Source: Myxococcota bacterium (GTDB lineage: Bacteria; Myxococcota; XYA12-FULL-58-9; JABJBS01). From it: DNA of 64,000 bases. Below the pieces are notes generated by a model. The model did not search any database, was not told the origin of the DNA, and saw only the letters and a list, made by a program, of their open reading frames with translations. This document shows, one piece after another, positions 1 through 10,936 of this stretch. The translations under genes and the position numbers were made by a program. Numbering within the stretch: position 1 is the stretch's first letter; each line of letters opens with the position of its first letter. The stretch covers positions 32,001-96,000 of the forward strand of contig JAYZAY010000011.1 in assembly GCA_036339465.1 (NCBI GenBank), in the 5' to 3' direction.

Positions 1-1
1 C

Positions 2-1480
2 GATCTCAAATTCCCTGCGTTGTTTGGTATTTCCTTCCGAGGTGAGCAAACCGAGTGTTGGAATGGCCAAGTATCGCTTGTTTTTGAAGGCCTCGTTGTA
101 TTGTTGTCGTTTCGCGACGAGGGTCCTAATTTGGCTCGCAAATTTTGTGTTTTCTTCATATAGGGCGTCAAATTGGGTGCTGGCAACACAGATTGTCTTG
201 AGGGGGCTGGTCGCTTTAACGGTGGCTGTGGAGGGGCTCCGTTGAATCAGAGACATTTCACCAAAGAGATCTCCGGAGTGCAAGGTGGCAATCTCTCTAG
301 GTTTGCGTAAGAGCCCTGAACCGATAATGACCGATGCGGTTCCGCTGATGATGATGTACATGTAGTGATTCGGTTCGCCTTCGTCGATTATAACATCGTG
401 GCTAGAAAATTCCCCGATGGTTAGACGTTGGCAGAAGTCGTCAACCTGCTCTGCCGTCAATCCGAAGAAGAGATTTGTTTGTCGCACGAATCTCGCGAGA
501 TGCATATAATCTTCAGTGGAGAGTTCTTGTCCCTGCTCCGCCACAGTGGCCAGTTTCTTGAAGGGCGATATGTTTTTGTCTTCAGTTTGACTTGATTGGC
601 CTGACCGTTTCTTGCCCGATTTCATCGGCCTGATTTGATAGGATAGGACGGACTTATATTGCACTATTTTTTCGTAAGAGCTTGGCACCTCAATGCTTTC
701 GCCTGGTCCAAGGATTAAGAAGGCACCGGGCAATGCCACATGCTCGAGTTGGGCGTACAGTCGGTTGCGGGCCTCGTCTGTTAGGAAAATCAAACTTCCT
801 TTGGCGATGACCAAATGAAGTTTTGGAAGATTGTTCACTGCATCCAGGGGCTTCATGGGGAGGAATTCGATATTGTTTCGGTGTTTGGGATGAACTTCCC
901 AACCTTGCTCGGTTTCAACGAAGTTATTTTCCAACACAGATTCAGGAAGACCGGCGCGAACTTCAGAGTGGGTAAAATGCCCCTCTTTAGCGATCGTCAT
1001 TTCTGTCTCCGAAATCCGGGAAGCATAGATTTTGTAGGGAATACCTTGAAGTGTGTTCTGACTCATGTCGAGCATGGTAGCCATGGAGTAGACTTCTTGT
1101 CCGTGGCGCGTATCTATAACCCAAATATTGAGTGTTTCTGTTTTAGGATACGTTTGTAATATTTCGGGAATACAGCGGTGACGGATAAACTTAAATGACT
1201 TGAGGCTTCTGAAAAAAACGTGATCTTCTTTCAGTGTATAACGAACGAGTAGCTTTAGCGCTTGATTCGATTTTTCCGTGTCGTCGAAGAGAGTAGTCAC
1301 GACTCTTTCTGGCGTCCAGTCAGCGGTGTCCATACAGAGTTCAGTGAGTTTCTTGATTAAATAAGAATCGTGGGCTTGGGGTAATTCGATCAGTGTTTCT
1401 TTGTAAACACGGGCTCTTAACCGATTTAGAAGTTCACTGTCTGTTAGTAGATCAAAATTCACCATTCCATAGTAGCACAT
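2..1480 (-). CDS. Degenerate CheR-like methyltransferase domain fused to a cyclic-nucleotide-binding domain (3' end outside the window)
   Basis: Hand translation from ATG 1480 (alt. ATG 1465) is open to the window edge. It shows CheR-like blocks (EDHVFFRS, LNIWVIDTRHGQEVYSMA, IAKEGHF, PGAFLILGPGES), then cNMP motifs (IIDEGEPNHYMYIIISG, GDLFGEMSL..PSTATV). Missing from the ORF track, probably because no stop lies inside the window. Confidence 0.8.
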   Translation of the reverse strand, partial: MCYYGMVNFDLLTDSELLNRLRARVYKETLIELPQAHDSYLIKKLTELCMDTADWTPERVVTTLFDDTEKSNQALKLLVRYTLKEDHVFFRSLKSFKFIRHRCIPEILQTYPKTETLNIWVIDTRHGQEVYSMATMLDMSQNTLQGIPYKIYASRISETEMTIAKEGHFTHSEVRAGLPESVLENNFVETEQGWEVHPKHRNNIEFLPMKPLDAVNNLPKLHLVIAKGSLIFLTDEARNRLYAQLEHVALPGAFLILGPGESIEVPSSYEKIVQYKSVLSYQIRPMKSGKKRSGQSSQTEDKNISPFKKLATVAEQGQELSTEDYMHLARFVRQTNLFFGLTAEQVDDFCQRLTIGEFSSHDVIIDEGEPNHYMYIIISGTASVIIGSGLLRKPREIATLHSGDLFGEMSLIQRSPSTATVKATSPLKTICVASTQFDALYEENTKFASQIRTLVAKRQQYNEAFKNKRYLAIPTLGLLTSEGNTKQRREFEI

Positions 1481-2037
1481 CCTATGGTGACAGGAAGAAT
1501 TTGGTGTTCGGAGAAAATAAAGTAACGGAATTGTAGCCACTTAGGCTGGTTTTTACGGCATCCGTGGAGTGGGGATACCTGCCTTGCTCGGATGGTAACC
1601 TTGGGGGCGCATTGGAATTCCCCCTATGAGACTGTGGTTGCCTACATTGTGGGATGACGCCTACGTCAACCAAAAGATGTTTTTATCTCCATGCTTAAAC
1701 CCAGAAGTACATGATAACTCACCGCGTCTAAATTTGAGATGCCATAAGAAACAGAGCTACCGTTGGGGTTCTCTAGCTTCCGAATATTTTCGGTTTTCCT
1801 CATTTGTTTCTGTAATGATTTTAGGGCCTATGAATGAATCAAAAGAAAAATGGGGCTGCTCGCCTGGGACAAGAGTCCCAAAATCCGAGGTACCGATTCC
1901 TAAGGGTATAGGGCATATTTCTTAGGGCCAGGGCCATTTCCTCGGAAGCGTTGCACAGGGAGAACCAAATTATCGTTTTGGCATTTGATAAAGACTTTGC
2001 AGTCATGATAGGGGCGGTGCCCCTTTTGAGCTGGTGA

Positions 2038-3510
<1,473 letters not shown>

Positions 3511-3689
3511 TCGCAAAATGGATATTTCCTATTCTAAAACTAAAATGTGTTAACAATGGCTAGAGCCTGAAATACCTGATCAGGTTCGCCAGGAATTGGG
3601 CAAGTTAAATGAAGTCAGAGTTCTCTTTTGGGGAATCTGATTGCTATTGTTGCATTGCTGTGCCTGGATGAACCCAGGGAGGAACAACG

Positions 3690-5144
3690 ATGAGTGAAAG
3701 ACGTCTTAATAATTTCGCGAACGGAGAATGGCGGGTCGTCGATGCGGAGCGTTGGCAGAGGGTTTGTAATCCGGCCACAGGAGAGGAATTAGCACAGGTT
3801 CCATTTTCGTCGAAGAAAGAAGTGGATTCGGTGATTGAGACCGCTCATGTTGCGTTTGAGGATTGGAGGATGGTTCCTCCCGTTGAGCGTGCACGCTATC
3901 TATTTAAATATAAATCGCTGCTCGACACATACAAAGAAGATCTTGCTCAGATAGTAACCAAAGAGCATGGGAAAACCCTTGCTGAATCCCGAGGCAGTGT
4001 ACGCCGAGGCATCGAGAATGTAGAACATGCCTGTGGTCTGCCGGCCTTGTTGATGGGGGAAAGCCTTCAAGACGTCGCCCGTGGCATTGATACCCAAAGC
4101 CTACGTCAGCCCCTGGGGGTTTTTGCGGGCATCACACCTTTCAATTTTCCTGCCATGGTTCCTCTTTGGTTTTGGCCTTATGCGTTAGCAAGTGGCAACA
4201 CCTACATCGTCAAGCCTTCTGAGCAAGTACCTCTTACCCAGCAGTTGCAATTTGAGCTGATTGAAAAAGCGGGTTTTCCCAAGGGCGTCATCAATATGGT
4301 TCATGGTGGTCGTGAGGCCAGTGAAGCACTCATCGATCATCCTCTTGTCAAAGGGATCTCTTTTGTTGGTTCCACACGGGTGGCCCAAGCTGTTTATGAA
4401 CGCGCTGCGGGTCTTGGTAAGAGAGTACAGGCCCTCGGTGGTGCTAAGAATCATGTTATTGTGATGCCAGATGCAGTGGTCGAGCCCACGGTCGATGCGG
4501 TGATCGAGAGCGCTTATGGCTGCGCCGGTCAACGTTGTTTGGCTGCCAGTGTGGCTGTGCTGGTCGGTGATGCCTACGATATTTTTCGAGACAAGCTCGT
4601 TGAACGCGCTGCCAGTTTAAAGATGGGCAATGGCACAGAAGAGGGTGTGGAGCTCGGGCCTGTGATTGGCGTTGGAGCGCAGGATCGTATCCTGTCGATG
4701 ATCGAGGCAGGTGTGCAAGAAGGCGCTGAGTTGGTGCTCGATGGCCGTAACCAGAAAGTTGCGGGTTGCGACGGGGGAACTTGGGTTGGAGCGACCCTCT
4801 TTGACAAAGTGACCCCCGACATGTCTATCGCTAAGGAAGAGGTTTTTGGGCCGGTATTAGCGCTATCTCGAGCAGATACCCTCAAAGAGGCCATCGAACG
4901 AATCAAAGACAGCCGATACGCAAATGCCACGTCTATTTTTACCAGTAGCGGTAAGGCCGCTCGCACGTTTCAGCACGAGGCTGGCGTGAGTATGATGGGT
5001 GTTAATATCGGTGTTGCAGCACCGATGGCGTTCTTTCCATTTGGTGGAACAAAGTCGAGTTTTTTCGGAGATGTTAAAGCCCACGGTCGGGACTCTGTTC
5101 GGTTCTTTACGGATGCAAAAGTAGTCATCTCTCGTTGGTTCTAA
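3690..5144 (+). CDS. mmsA: CoA-acylating (methyl)malonate-semialdehyde dehydrogenase
   Basis: ITPFNFPAM, GGAKNH, catalytic CAGQRCLA, EVFGP, FPFGGTKSSFFGD; GGAGG RBS upstream. Confidence 0.93.
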   Translation: MSERRLNNFANGEWRVVDAERWQRVCNPATGEELAQVPFSSKKEVDSVIETAHVAFEDWRMVPPVERARYLFKYKSLLDTYKEDLAQIVTKEHGKTLAESRGSVRRGIENVEHACGLPALLMGESLQDVARGIDTQSLRQPLGVFAGITPFNFPAMVPLWFWPYALASGNTYIVKPSEQVPLTQQLQFELIEKAGFPKGVINMVHGGREASEALIDHPLVKGISFVGSTRVAQAVYERAAGLGKRVQALGGAKNHVIVMPDAVVEPTVDAVIESAYGCAGQRCLAASVAVLVGDAYDIFRDKLVERAASLKMGNGTEEGVELGPVIGVGAQDRILSMIEAGVQEGAELVLDGRNQKVAGCDGGTWVGATLFDKVTPDMSIAKEEVFGPVLALSRADTLKEAIERIKDSRYANATSIFTSSGKAARTFQHEAGVSMMGVNIGVAAPMAFFPFGGTKSSFFGDVKAHGRDSVRFFTDAKVVISRWF

Positions 5145-5155
5145 AGGAGGAAGCA

Positions 5156-6028
5156 ATGCCTAGAGTAGTAAAAGCAGGTTTAATTCAAATGAGTAACCCC
5201 ATCAACGACGACTCTGCACGTGTTGAAGATGTTCGGGATGCTATGGTTAAGAAACATATTCCGCTGATTGAAAAGGCAGGTCAGGAAGGTGTGCAGATCC
5301 TTTGTCTTCAGGAAATGTTTAATGGACCTTATTTCTGCCCAAGCCAAGATGCGAAATGGTGTGATATTGCGGAAGCGGTGCCAGGGCCCACCGTTGAAGC
5401 TCTCTCTGTCTATGCAAAGAGATATGAGATGGTTCTGATTGTTCCTATTTATGAACGAGAAATGCCCGGTGTCTATTACAATACCGCAGCTGTTATTGAT
5501 GCTGATGGCTCGTATCTTGGTAAATACAGAAAAAACCATATTCCTCATACCTCTGGTTTTTGGGAAAAGTTCTTCTTTAAGCCAGGGAATCTTGGCTATC
5601 CCGTTTTTGAAACGAGATATGCGAAAGTGGGTGTTTATATCTGTTACGATCGGCACTTTCCGGAAGGAGCGCGCCTCTTAGGCCTCAATGGCGCTGAGGT
5701 TGTTTTTAATCCATCTGCGACTGTGGCGGGTTTGTCCCAATATCTTTGGAAGTTGGAACAGCCAGCCCATGCGGTCGCCAACGGCTATTTTATGGGATGC
5801 ATCAACCGTGTTGGTACCGAGGCACCTTGGAACATTGGCCAATTTTATGGTTCCAGCTATTTTGTTGATCCTAGAGGTGAATTCTTGGCCGAAGGTTCTT
5901 TGGAGAACGATGAGCTGGTGACTGCTGAACTCGATCTGGACCAACTGGAAGAAGTACGTAGAGTATGGCAATTTTATCGTGATCGCCGCCCGGAGTCCTA
6001 TGATGCGATGACTCAACAATTGCCTTAA
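5156..6028 (+). CDS. Beta-ureidopropionase (nitrilase family)
   Basis: E-K-C triad in LQEMFNGPYFC, YRKNHIP, ICYDRHFPE; AAGGAGG RBS before ATG 5156; pyrimidine catabolic context. Confidence 0.9.
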   Translation: MPRVVKAGLIQMSNPINDDSARVEDVRDAMVKKHIPLIEKAGQEGVQILCLQEMFNGPYFCPSQDAKWCDIAEAVPGPTVEALSVYAKRYEMVLIVPIYEREMPGVYYNTAAVIDADGSYLGKYRKNHIPHTSGFWEKFFFKPGNLGYPVFETRYAKVGVYICYDRHFPEGARLLGLNGAEVVFNPSATVAGLSQYLWKLEQPAHAVANGYFMGCINRVGTEAPWNIGQFYGSSYFVDPRGEFLAEGSLENDELVTAELDLDQLEEVRRVWQFYRDRRPESYDAMTQQLP

Positions 6029-6100
6029 ATTCCAAAGTGTTTTGACGAATCTTGATTTTTCTTGAGCTTATCCCTTCGGGATATTTTGGAGATTTTTGTA

Positions 6101-7396
6101 ATGAGCATGGATGATGTTCGAAAAGGTCACGATGAGTTTCTATTTCCGTGCGTGGCAAATTACTATGAAGAGCCGCTGGTTTTAACGGAGGCTAAGGGAA
6201 GCTGGGCCAAAGACAGTCAAGGAGAGCAATATCTCGATTTCTTCGGGGGTATCCTCACGGTTTCTTTAGGCCACTGTCAGGACGAAATTACCGAAGCTGT
6301 TACCAAACAGATGCAAACTTTGGGACATGTTTCGACCCTTTATCAAACCAGTCCGATGGTGGACGTCGCGCGGCATTTGGCAGAATTGACACCAGGGCCG
6401 CTGAAAAAATCCTTCTTTACCAACTCTGGGACCGAGGCGGATGAAACTGCGGTTTTATTGGCGCGGATTCACACCGGCAATCAGGAAATTATCGCGCTTC
6501 GTCATGGCTATCATGGGCGTTCTAATTTATCGATGAATTTAACGGGCCATAGCTCCTGGCGGGCCAGTGGTAGTACGGTGCCAGGAATCAAGCATGCCCA
6601 TGCCCCCTACTGTTATCGTTGCCCATTTGGCGCGAAGTTCCCCAGTTGTGGTATCAAATGCGCCCAAGACCTAGAGGAATTGATTCAAACCGAGACAAGT
6701 GGCAAAGTCGCAGCTTTATTGGCTGAACCAATTTTGGGGCTCGGTGGCTATATTGAGCCACCCAAGGAATATTTTGAAGTGGCGGTCGGTATTGTCCGGA
6801 ACTACGGCGGTGTCTTTATCTGTGATGAAGTTCAAACGGGTTTTGGGCGGACTGGGGAACATTGGTTTGGGATTGAGCACCATGGTGTCGAACCCGAAAT
6901 TATGACCATGGCCAAAGGCATCGCGAACGGGATGCCCGCGGGGGTCACAGTGGCCACCGATGAAGTCGCCAATAGCTTTAGTGGAAAATCAACTTGCACC
7001 TTCGGTGGTAACCCCGTCTCTATGGCGGCTACGAACGCAACCCTATCGGTGATGGTGCGGGAAAATATTCCGAACCGAGCCTCGATCCTCGGCGCAACCC
7101 TACGGGGCTATCTCATGGAAATGAAGGAAAAATACGGATTGGTAGGCGATGTGCGGGGCAAGGGCCTAATGCAAGGAATCGAGCTCGTTAAGGATAGAAA
7201 GAGTAAGGAACCAGCGGTTGAGGCAACCACTCGGCTGATGGAAGTGAGCAAGAAAGAGAAGCTCCTGATAGGTCGAGGCGGGCTTTATGGAAATGTGATC
7301 CGTCTTGCCCCACCTATGCTGATTGAGGAAGAGGAACTAATCGAGGGATGCCGTCGACTTGACAGGGCTCTTTCGGAGGTTTGTGGAAATGAGTGA
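6101..7396 (+). CDS. Class-III PLP aminotransferase (beta-alanine/AGXT2-like)
   Basis: YLDFFGG, NSGTEA, DEVQTGFGRTG, MAKG (PLP Lys), TFGGNP. Substrate inferred from context. Confidence 0.88.
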   Translation: MSMDDVRKGHDEFLFPCVANYYEEPLVLTEAKGSWAKDSQGEQYLDFFGGILTVSLGHCQDEITEAVTKQMQTLGHVSTLYQTSPMVDVARHLAELTPGPLKKSFFTNSGTEADETAVLLARIHTGNQEIIALRHGYHGRSNLSMNLTGHSSWRASGSTVPGIKHAHAPYCYRCPFGAKFPSCGIKCAQDLEELIQTETSGKVAALLAEPILGLGGYIEPPKEYFEVAVGIVRNYGGVFICDEVQTGFGRTGEHWFGIEHHGVEPEIMTMAKGIANGMPAGVTVATDEVANSFSGKSTCTFGGNPVSMAATNATLSVMVRENIPNRASILGATLRGYLMEMKEKYGLVGDVRGKGLMQGIELVKDRKSKEPAVEATTRLMEVSKKEKLLIGRGGLYGNVIRLAPPMLIEEEELIEGCRRLDRALSEVCGNE

Positions 7397-8858
7397 AGAG
7401 CGTTTAAGTAATCCTGATTTGGAGCCAACCACAGAGGCTGACCGAACTTGGGACCGGTGGCATATTGCTGCCCTATGGGTAGGTATGGCCGTTTGTATTC
7501 CCACCTACACCTTGGCAAGTGGCATGGTCAGCCAAGGATGGTCTTGGAAGAGTGCGGTGTTGGCGGTGGCACTGGGGAACTTGATTGTGTTATTTCCTAT
7601 GCTTTTAAATGCCCATGCAGGCGCGAAGTATGGGATCCCATTTCCAATCCTTCTGCGTTCGTCATTCGGTATTCTGGGTTCGAATATTCCGGCGATGATG
7701 CGTGCATTTGTTGCGTGTGGCTGGTTTGGTATTCAAACTTGGATCGGAGGCAGCGCGCTCTATCGTCTTTGGCTCAGTCTATTTCCAAATAGTCCGAGTT
7801 TACCGGAACTTGTTCCGGCCTGGTTTGGGATTAATACAGGAGAGTTTCTTGCTTTTGTGGCATTTTGGCTTCTCAATGTGGCTGTGATTGCGAAGGGCAT
7901 GGATTCCCTCAAAAAATTAGAGGTGTGGGCGGCTCCCTTTCTTCTTCTCTGTGGCGCGGGCTTACTCGCTTGGGCGTGGAGCAACCTTGGTAGTTGGACT
8001 GAATTACTTGCGGAAAGGGGAGAGATCACACGTGATACGTCGAGTGCTTTGTTAGGTGCGGGGCTTACGAGTGGTGTTGCTTTCTGGGGAACTTTGGCTT
8101 TGAATATTCCAGACTTCGCCCGTTATGCGAAAAATCAAAAGGAACAAATCGTAGGGCAGGCCTTAGGTTTGGTTCCCACTATGACTGCCTTTGCCTGGAT
8201 TGGTGCAGTGGTCACCAATGCTACCGTTGTTATTTTGGGAACCAAGGTCTCAGACCCCGTTGCTTTGGTTTCTCAGCTTGGGGGGCCCTTCCTGACGGTC
8301 CTAGCGATGGTTGGCTTAATTATTGCGACCCTCAGTACCAATTTGGCGGCAAATGTTGTCTCGCCAGCCAATGACTTTTCAAATTTAGCGCCCAAGAAAA
8401 TATCGTTTAAGACAGGAGCGCTGATTGCTGCCACGGTGGGTATGGTGATGATGCCGTGGAAGCTTTACATTGATGGTGCCAATTATCTTTTTACATGGCT
8501 CATTGGCTATGGGGGAATGCTTGGCGCCGTTGCCGGCATTATGCTCACGGATTATTATCTCATCCGGAAATGTAGTCTCAATGTTGATGCGCTCTATGTT
8601 AGGGGGAGTGAGTATGAGTATTCCAATGGGTTCAATTGGATTGCGGTTTTGGCGCTGTGCTTGGGTATTTCTGTGAATCTACCTGGTTTTTTGGGGGCTT
8701 TGGGCGTTATTGAAGTTGGGGATTTCGCGCGAGCTATCTATGAGAGAGCGTGGTTTGCAGGGGTCTTCATTTCTGCCTTCACCTATTGGGCGGGTATGAA
8801 ATTTCTTCTACCGGCGCCATTGTTTAATCGGGACGTGTCCATCTCAAATGCGGACTAG
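7389..8858 (+). CDS. NCS1 nucleobase:cation symporter
   Basis: About 12 hydrophobic segments; WVGMAVCIP, KYGIPFP, GWFGIQ, LNIPDFARYAK, NLAANVVSPA. Confidence 0.93.
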   Translation: MSEERLSNPDLEPTTEADRTWDRWHIAALWVGMAVCIPTYTLASGMVSQGWSWKSAVLAVALGNLIVLFPMLLNAHAGAKYGIPFPILLRSSFGILGSNIPAMMRAFVACGWFGIQTWIGGSALYRLWLSLFPNSPSLPELVPAWFGINTGEFLAFVAFWLLNVAVIAKGMDSLKKLEVWAAPFLLLCGAGLLAWAWSNLGSWTELLAERGEITRDTSSALLGAGLTSGVAFWGTLALNIPDFARYAKNQKEQIVGQALGLVPTMTAFAWIGAVVTNATVVILGTKVSDPVALVSQLGGPFLTVLAMVGLIIATLSTNLAANVVSPANDFSNLAPKKISFKTGALIAATVGMVMMPWKLYIDGANYLFTWLIGYGGMLGAVAGIMLTDYYLIRKCSLNVDALYVRGSEYEYSNGFNWIAVLALCLGISVNLPGFLGALGVIEVGDFARAIYERAWFAGVFISAFTYWAGMKFLLPAPLFNRDVSISNAD

Positions 8859-8863
8859 CTGAT

Positions 8864-9325
8864 TTATCCGCCCATCATGGTGATAATATCCCATTCTTGC
8901 ATGGAAATAGGCATGACTGAGAGCCGGTTTCCTTTCTTGAGGAGGGCCATTTCTCGGAGTTTTGGTGTATTTCTGAGTTGGTCTCTATCAATGGGATGCG
9001 GGAACTTTCGTACAAACTGAATCTCTATGGCTATCCACCGGGGTGAATCGATCGTTGCTTTAGGATCGAAGTAGGCAGAACTGGCCTCGAATTGACTGGG
9101 ATCTGGATAAGATTCACGGGTTACTTTGGCCTGACCGACAATGCGCATCGGGTTGGTGCTTGAATGATAAACCAAGATACCATCATGGAGTTTAATCTGA
9201 TCTCTCATGAAATTACGTGCCTGGTAATTTCGAACGCCGTCCCAACAAGTTGTCTTATTCGGACAATGCAAGAGATCATCAATGGAGAACACTTCGGGTT
9301 CAGTTTTAACGAGCCAGTAATTCAT
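8864..9325 (-). CDS. EVE domain protein
   Basis: YWLVKTEP, WDGVRNYQARN, YHS, RLSVMP. Confidence 0.93.
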   Translation of the reverse strand: MNYWLVKTEPEVFSIDDLLHCPNKTTCWDGVRNYQARNFMRDQIKLHDGILVYHSSTNPMRIVGQAKVTRESYPDPSQFEASSAYFDPKATIDSPRWIAIEIQFVRKFPHPIDRDQLRNTPKLREMALLKKGNRLSVMPISMQEWDIITMMGG

Positions 9326-9423
9326 TACAGCCCCTATAACTCAAACAAAGACAATGGGTATCTTTAAAACAAGGATGCAGCTAAACAGGCGCTGAGGGCC
9401 GAACGTCCCTCTACAATTTCCAA

Positions 9424-9499
9424 TGGTGGAGCCGATCGGGATCGAACCGACGACCTTCTGAATGCCATTCAGACGCTCTCCCAACTGAGCTACGGCCCC
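9424..9499 (-). tRNA. tRNA-Ala(GGC)
   Basis: Reverse complement GGGGCCGTAGCTCAGTTGGGAGAGCG-TCTGA-ATGGCAT-TCAGA-AGGTCGTCGGTTCGATCCCGATCGGCTCCACCA; 76 nt, encoded CCA. Confidence 0.97.
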
Positions 9500-9565
9500 A
9501 CTAGAGCGCACTTTCTAATATCGATGATTTAAAAGAGCAAGGGAAATAGTAAGCTCCACAAGGAC

Positions 9566-10207
9566 TTAGTTCGCGTTTTTCTTAGCGGCCTTTTTGGCAG
9601 GGGTTTTCTTATCAACTTTTTTGGCAGGGGCTTTCTTATCAACTTTTTTGGCGGGGGCTTTCTTATCAACTTTTTTGGCGGGGGCTTTCTTATCAACTTT
9701 TTTGGCGGGGGCTTTCTTATCAACTTTTTTGGCAGGCCCCTTCTTCGTGGTCTGTTTAGTCGTGGTTTTATTTGTCGCCTTTTTCGTTGTTTCGCTAGGG
9801 GCCTTTCGGGTTACTTTCTTGGTGGTTGCCTTCTTGGACGGTTTTGTTTTTTGACTCGATTGGGCTGCCGAAGCGGTCCTTTTGGCGGGGGCCGGCGCAG
9901 GTGCAGGATTTGAGCTTCCAGCAGCTCGTTTTTCCTGGAGTTCTTCGATAAGTTCGTTAAGTTTTTCGATGGTTTTTCTAAGGCCCGCAGGCAGTGCAAT
10001 TTTACCTTGGTTGTTTAATTTGAGTGTTTGTTCTCCGAGGGTTCTGAATAATTTATCCTTCTCAAGCCGAACTCGATGAAAATCTTCTTCAAATTTATCT
10101 CGAGACCGAACCAAGAACACTTTGGCTTCTTCGATTTGATCGATGGCTTGTTGCCAAAGGTCATTTGCGTACTTTTTGATGTCTTCTTTAGGGGAGGTCA
10201 ACGTCAA
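9566..10207 (-). CDS. Helical N-terminal domain plus histone H1-like Lys/Ala/Pro-rich tail
   Basis: C-terminal KKAPAKKVD repeats; AAGGAG RBS before the TTG start. Confidence 0.75.
   Translation of the reverse strand: MTLTSPKEDIKKYANDLWQQAIDQIEEAKVFLVRSRDKFEEDFHRVRLEKDKLFRTLGEQTLKLNNQGKIALPAGLRKTIEKLNELIEELQEKRAAGSSNPAPAPAPAKRTASAAQSSQKTKPSKKATTKKVTRKAPSETTKKATNKTTTKQTTKKGPAKKVDKKAPAKKVDKKAPAKKVDKKAPAKKVDKKAPAKKVDKKTPAKKAAKKNAN
9590..9745. repeat. 27-bp coding tandem repeat, five full copies plus a partial
   Basis: Unit ttttttggc(a/g)ggggctttcttatcaac; encodes KKAPAKKVD on the minus strand. Confidence 0.95.
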
Positions 10208-10312
10208 GCTCCTTTTGCTGGGATTGGATTTTTACTAATACGGGTGACTCAGCCAGTCAATGCTGCACATGTCGGATTTTATTCGGTTTGTTTCAGTTCG
10301 TCAGGGAAGAAC

Positions 10313-10909
10313 TTATGGTTTTTTTGCGCTTTTTTGTGCTTTCTCGAAGGCGGCTCGGATTTTCGGGAGTAAAGATTTTACCAACTTTTTGTTGGCAGCA
10401 TTGGTACTCTTTTCAAATTGCTCCAAAAAAAGATGCTTGTTTTTCTGAACATATTCGATCTGCTTGAGCAGCGCGCGTTTTTCTGAGGCTGGAAAATTTG
10501 GATCCGCCAGTTTGAGTTTGATTTCAGAGTGCTCCGGACTCAAAAGCATCGATTCAAAGGCGGTTGGCTCCAATACGAAGTAGGTCGCCATTAGGGCCGA
10601 AATCTGCATGACAAATTCTTCCATGCTGAACCCATGTTGCACGTAAATCCTATTAAGTCTTTCCATTTCATCGTGGCTCATGGACTGATCCGGCGTGCCG
10701 CCAGCGAAATTTCCCATAAGTTGGTGGTGTTTTCCGGCCGTTGCTTCCGCTAATTTCGGAATTAAGATTAATAGTTTTTCGACGGATTCACGCTTGAGAG
10801 CCGTAACTGGCGGGGTAAGAGCTTCTCCAAAGCCTTCACCAGGTGCAGCTTCTGATATTTGAAGTTGAAACCCAATCGCGAGTAGAATAATCATAGAATT
10901 AAATCGCAT
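10313..10909 (-). CDS. Hypothetical secreted helical protein
   Basis: 198-aa ORF with signal-peptide-like N-terminus (..QISEA); GAGG RBS. Confidence 0.65.
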   Translation of the reverse strand: MRFNSMIILLAIGFQLQISEAAPGEGFGEALTPPVTALKRESVEKLLILIPKLAEATAGKHHQLMGNFAGGTPDQSMSHDEMERLNRIYVQHGFSMEEFVMQISALMATYFVLEPTAFESMLLSPEHSEIKLKLADPNFPASEKRALLKQIEYVQKNKHLFLEQFEKSTNAANKKLVKSLLPKIRAAFEKAQKSAKKP

Positions 10910-10936
10910 CTATTAACCTCATACGAATTGAAGACG

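Noticed and set aside
9424..9499. tRNA-anchored prophage or integrative element (also at tRNA-Gln 36540)
   Set aside because: No integrase, phage genes or duplicated tRNA 3' end seen in the window.
9590..9745. CRISPR array
   Set aside because: The repeats are contiguous with no spacers, are in-frame coding, and no cas genes are present. The 16-bp repeat at 19843 also lacks spacers.
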